A model generated the notes under the pieces. The model saw only the letters and a list, made by a program, of their open reading frames with translations, had not been told where the DNA came from and did not search any database. A stretch of DNA of 64,000 nucleotides from Dudresnaya verticillata. Taxonomy: Eukaryota. Made by a program: the position numbers and the translations under genes. Positions 60,160 through 64,000 of this stretch are shown piece after piece; position 1 is the stretch's first letter, and each line of letters starts with the position of its first letter. The stretch covers positions 620,001 to 684,000 of the forward strand of contig OZ374559.1 in assembly GCA_977862235.1 (NCBI GenBank), written 5' to 3'.

Positions 60160-60777
60160 ATGTCTCAACCCGTCAAGATGGGTCCGAATGGAGGCGAAGA
60201 GAAAATTGCTCCATCTAATGTTCCCAGAGAGAGTAGTCTCGAAGATCCCAGGAATCCTGGAGGAGCGCATCGAAGCCTAAATGACCTCTCCCAGCCAGCT
60301 GATGAAATTTCAACTGGACTTCCCAAGGTAATTGAACTCCCCAAGTTAACTGACGTCCCCCTGCAAACTGGCCGCTCCAAGCCAGCTGGCCGCTCCAGGC
60401 CAGCTGGCTGCTCCAAACCAGCTGGCTTCTCCCATCCAACTGACGTCTCCCAGTCAACTGGCACCTCCAACCCAACTGGCCTCTCCCAGTACAGGCCTAT
60501 CATCCAGGGCCTGTCCAGTGCGCCTACTATCGATGGGCTTTCCTGCGAAGATTTTTCCGGCCGCGTGATCGGGAATGTTTGTAATCGAGCTCTCAAGAGC
60601 GGATCTTATCCCAGGCATATTGCGGAGATGATGAAAGAGCGAGCTAATTTCAATCGGCAATGCGAGGAGATCATTGGCGATAGAGCTGTGCGCAACGAAG
60701 AAGCTTGTGAAGAAATCGTGCACCAAGCCATCCTGGACGGGAACTGCCCGCAACCTACGCCAAAAGGAGAACCTTGA
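60160..60777 (+). CDS. Hypothetical protein, 205 aa (paralog of 50508-51107)
   Basis: Same start, stop and frame as its paralog, with one extra 6-aa repeat. Confidence 0.55.
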   Translation: MSQPVKMGPNGGEEKIAPSNVPRESSLEDPRNPGGAHRSLNDLSQPADEISTGLPKVIELPKLTDVPLQTGRSKPAGRSRPAGCSKPAGFSHPTDVSQSTGTSNPTGLSQYRPIIQGLSSAPTIDGLSCEDFSGRVIGNVCNRALKSGSYPRHIAEMMKERANFNRQCEEIIGDRAVRNEEACEEIVHQAILDGNCPQPTPKGEP

Positions 60778-61688
60778 AAGGCTTATGACGTAAATGTCCT
60801 CTTCCTCAACTATTTTTCTGTCTGATTTCAAGAACACGAGGATCTTGGCAAGGAACTGCACTCCAGCAGGGAGATACCAGTGTTTGACCTCTTCGTGGAA
60901 TTCATGGAGCTACGGTATACTGGTACCGGAAGCGAACTTGTTCAGAAGGTGAAGGCATTGGCACACTAAATGCGGGCATCTGCGGAGAAAGAAGCGTTTC
61001 CTACTGGACCGGCGGGGCGACAACACAAGAAATAAAGACAGCCCCTTGTGATTGAAACACCTATTCTTTTTGCTACAGATGGCTGACTCGTTACCCGATG
61101 TCACTCCGTATGCTGACCCAGCTGACCGAATCCACAGTAACGAGATAATGGGAAGAACTTTGTGCGGACCATATGGTCGTACTGCCCAAAGGTAACTCGC
61201 TATTGGGGCTCTACGACCTCTTTCCGCCGCGACCCTACCTCTACCGACCACTGTCCTACTCTCTTTCCCTTCCCAGTTGGCTTCGTAAATGTCAATAGCT
61301 CTTCTCGGTCTTCACCCTCTCTAGGAGCTCTCCGCCTAGCTCCTCCCGCTTTTTCTCTCACGGTTTTACGGAACAGAACATAGCGGCGGGGTTGCCAAAT
61401 GTGGAACCTCTCGGTAGACCAAAGATGTGAAGTTTCTCCAATATGGTGTTTCGCTTTCGAATGGCTGTTATTCCCACGACTTCCATCCGAAGGGATGTTC
61501 CCCAATAATATAACGGAGGAACGCTGAAGCCCAAAGCCTGGGAGCCCAAAGGTTGGGCTTCAGCGTTGCTCCGTTCTATTAGTCTTATTCTACACCCACT
61601 CGTCATACCTTGGAAGTCAAACAGCGACCCCTCCAAGGTGGTACTCGTTGAAGACTTTATCAGATGTTTTTGAGTAGTTCTCTGTCAC

Positions 61689-61962
61689 TGAAACAGTAGC
61701 GAGGTAGAACGGGAAACGGAGTAGAACAGGAACGGAGTACTGGACTTTACTTCTGGAACTGAAATTAGGATCAAGATGCCCCCTTTCTCTCCTGGTCCTT
61801 CATCAGATGGGCTATATATACCCATCCAACTTTCTCTATCCTGTCTACTTCTCTATCACCTATCTATTGTTACTGTGAGACGAATGCTTCCTCGATACGG
61901 CATATCGAATCCTTTCTGGAATATCGGCATCCGTAGCGCCCGATACAATGTGTACTGTTACA
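61689..61962. mobile_element. Solo LTR, 274 bp, with 5-bp TSD GTCAC
   Basis: TGAAACAGTA...TACTGTTACA termini (9/10 inverted match); GTCAC at 61684-61688 and 61963-61967; internal TATATATA; absent from the left arm (empty site 49599-49603). Confidence 0.92.
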
Positions 61963-62241
61963 GTCACGGACACTATCCCTGACTTCCTCGAGCACACTTC
62001 CAGTGAGAAAGGTGTGGCATGTAAAGTGTGCATTCTGTTGAATTGGAGCCTACCCTACTCAGAGCACCTCCCGGGCACTGGTGAAGCAGAGACTTAGCTG
62101 ATAAGGATGTCATCTGCAATAATGCAACAATGGCGAATCTGTGCCCAAGTGTTCAATTTACTGGGCACGTGTGCGCTAACAGAAGACGCTCCTTTTCAAG
62201 GCACCTGACAGTCTCAGCAACAATAATAGCGCGTTCCACGC

Positions 62242-64000
62242 CTACGCAGTCATGTATGAAGACTGATCCACAGTGTCAGGGAGCTCGGACAATGCAACCT
62301 CAAAGCGAGATTGCACGTCCTGAAGAACCCCCGAGTCCTCCTCAGAGCTGACGAAGGAAATAGCCAGACCCTTTGTTCCAAAACGACCCGCACGACCGAC
62401 ACGATGCATGTAACTGTCCGCGCTCTCGGGCATGTCATAGTTGATGACAATATTGACACGCTCAATGTCGATGCCGCGTCCGAAGATATCCGTCGCAACT
62501 AGGGTGCGCTTCTGGAAGTCCTTGAATGCCTTGTAACGCTTGATTCTCTCCTCCTGACGGATACCAGAATGGATATCAATGGATGGGAAGTTGCATTTCA
62601 TGAGTAGCTTGTTGAGCTCAATTGCACGAGGAACACTTTTCACAAAGATCACTACTTGGTTGAACTGAAGAGCATCGAGGATATCCGACAGTTTACGGTT
62701 CTTCTCTGCCTCCTGTAACTTGACAAAGTATTGAAGCAGCCCATGGAGAGTGAGTTTGCTTTCGTCATCGACAAGAACCTCCATCGGACTCTGCATGAAC
62801 TTCTTCGAAACAATACGCATTTCCTTGGAAAGGGTTGCCGTGAACATCATGACCTGCTTCTCACGTGGGGTCTCCCTGAAAATCTGCTGCACATCGCGGC
62901 GCATATCGAGCTCTCGAAGGACCCGGTCGCACTCGTCCAGAACAAAGAACTTGACCTTGTCGACCTTCAACGCCTTCTGCTTAACGAGATCCTTGATACG
63001 GCCAGGAGTTCCCACAACAATCTGGGGCGGGTTACTCTGCAGTAAGTCCTTGTGCTGACGCACCGGTACACCTCCGTAAATCACGGAGGTACGAATGTTG
63101 GGAAGATACTTTGAGAATCGCTTAAACTCATGAGCGATCTGATAGGCAAGCTCTCGGGTGTGGCCGAGAATGACGCAGCTGACTTCGCCATCCACCGGTT
63201 CAATCTGTTGCAAGACAGCGAGCGTAAAGACAGCAGTCTTACCCATTCCAGCCTTAGCCTGACAGAGCACATCCATTCCGAGGACTGCCTGCGGAATACA
63301 CTCGTGCTGGACCTCAGACGGATGCTCAAAACCGCAGTCCTGAATAGCACGAAGCAATTCTGGCTTCAGGAGGAAGTCCTTGAAACCAGCAGAGTGAATG
63401 CCGACATAAGTGCCCCTGAATTACGATAGGTACAAGAAAACAAGAAGGGAGTTACGCGCACAACGGATGATACAAAGTAATGGGTTAGCGTTTTGAGGAA
63501 GAGTGTGGGAGGCATTCGGAGATTGCATCGAGGCCATGGTACTCCTAAATGGCTGACGGAGTTGCATGCGCGTTTGCCGAGCCCCGTCCCCGCGATTAGT
63601 GCTGCAGTCAGCAGATGTGCAGCAGCAGAACATGCAAATAGGCTGGACCGCGTTTTCCTGCTGCAGTAGATGAAGAAGAACTCTTCCACTAACCAAAACA
63701 GTGGACCGTGACAGTAGGGACACTCCCAGGTGATTCCCGAATGTGTCTGAACAGCTCAGTCATCAAACAATGACCGCTGGAGCAGCACTCTTTCGACAGA
63801 GCTGCTTGACAGGATATGCCAGGCAGCTCAGCGGGTTCCAGAATAGAACATTCCAGGCTGGCCGATACGGATGAGGACGGAAGATGGACAAAGGCGACCA
63901 AATCGCGGGGCGGGGCAGGGCGGGAAAGACTCAAGTCGCAGCCGCAAAATCGGGGAGTGGTGGATGAGCTCACTTTTTTGTGGAGTCCTTGTCATTTTCG
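62242..64000 (-). CDS. UAP56: DECD-box RNA helicase UAP56/DDX39/Sub2, copy 2; exon 2 63415-62242, intron 63973-63416, exon 1 partly outside the window
   Basis: Exon 2 product differs from copy 1 at 3 residues (IFKET/IFRET, RILV/RTLV, ADGY/ADSY); same intron position. Confidence 0.96.

Larger units (their letters stand above)
59480..64000 (-). repeat. Right arm of the inverted duplication (runs off the window)
   Basis: Reverse complement of 47566-51800 apart from the solo LTR and small indels. Confidence 0.95.

Noticed and set aside
1..64000. tRNA, rRNA or prokaryotic operon signals
   Set aside because: None recognised by eye; spliceosomal introns and TATA boxes indicate a eukaryotic nuclear region. 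A covariance-model scan was not possible.

Overview
This is eukaryotic, intron-poor, repeat-laden genomic DNA. It is most consistent with a multicellular red alga, which I infer from the gene content (secreted VWA protein, P-loop/WD40 NLR-like remnant, few introns) and have not proven. Intact genes recognised: an opine (octopine/tauropine-type) dehydrogenase (4612-5916) followed on the same strand by an atypical fold-type I PLP enzyme with a C-terminal extension (8881-10740). After these comes a run of secreted or surface proteins: a spliced DUF3238-like protein, a Cys/Ser-Pro-rich protein, a 10-Cys propeptide, a secretory PLA2 and a VWA protein. There is also a small Zn-finger protein ending in CaaX. 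Two near-identical UAP56/DDX39 RNA helicase genes lie in the arms of a large inverted duplication (about 47566-51800 and 59480 to >64000). One arm carries a 274-bp solo LTR with 5-bp target-site duplication, and arm identity drops at that point. The rest is transposon debris: non-LTR fragments sharing an AATAAAGGT+microsatellite tail, a repeat-bounded module at 168-4150 with a stop-interrupted ORF, a 1.3-kb diverged duplication and several pseudogenes. The best candidate for an undescribed system is the opine dehydrogenase/PLP enzyme pair as a small eukaryotic biosynthetic cluster. All family calls come from motif recognition by eye; no searches were run.
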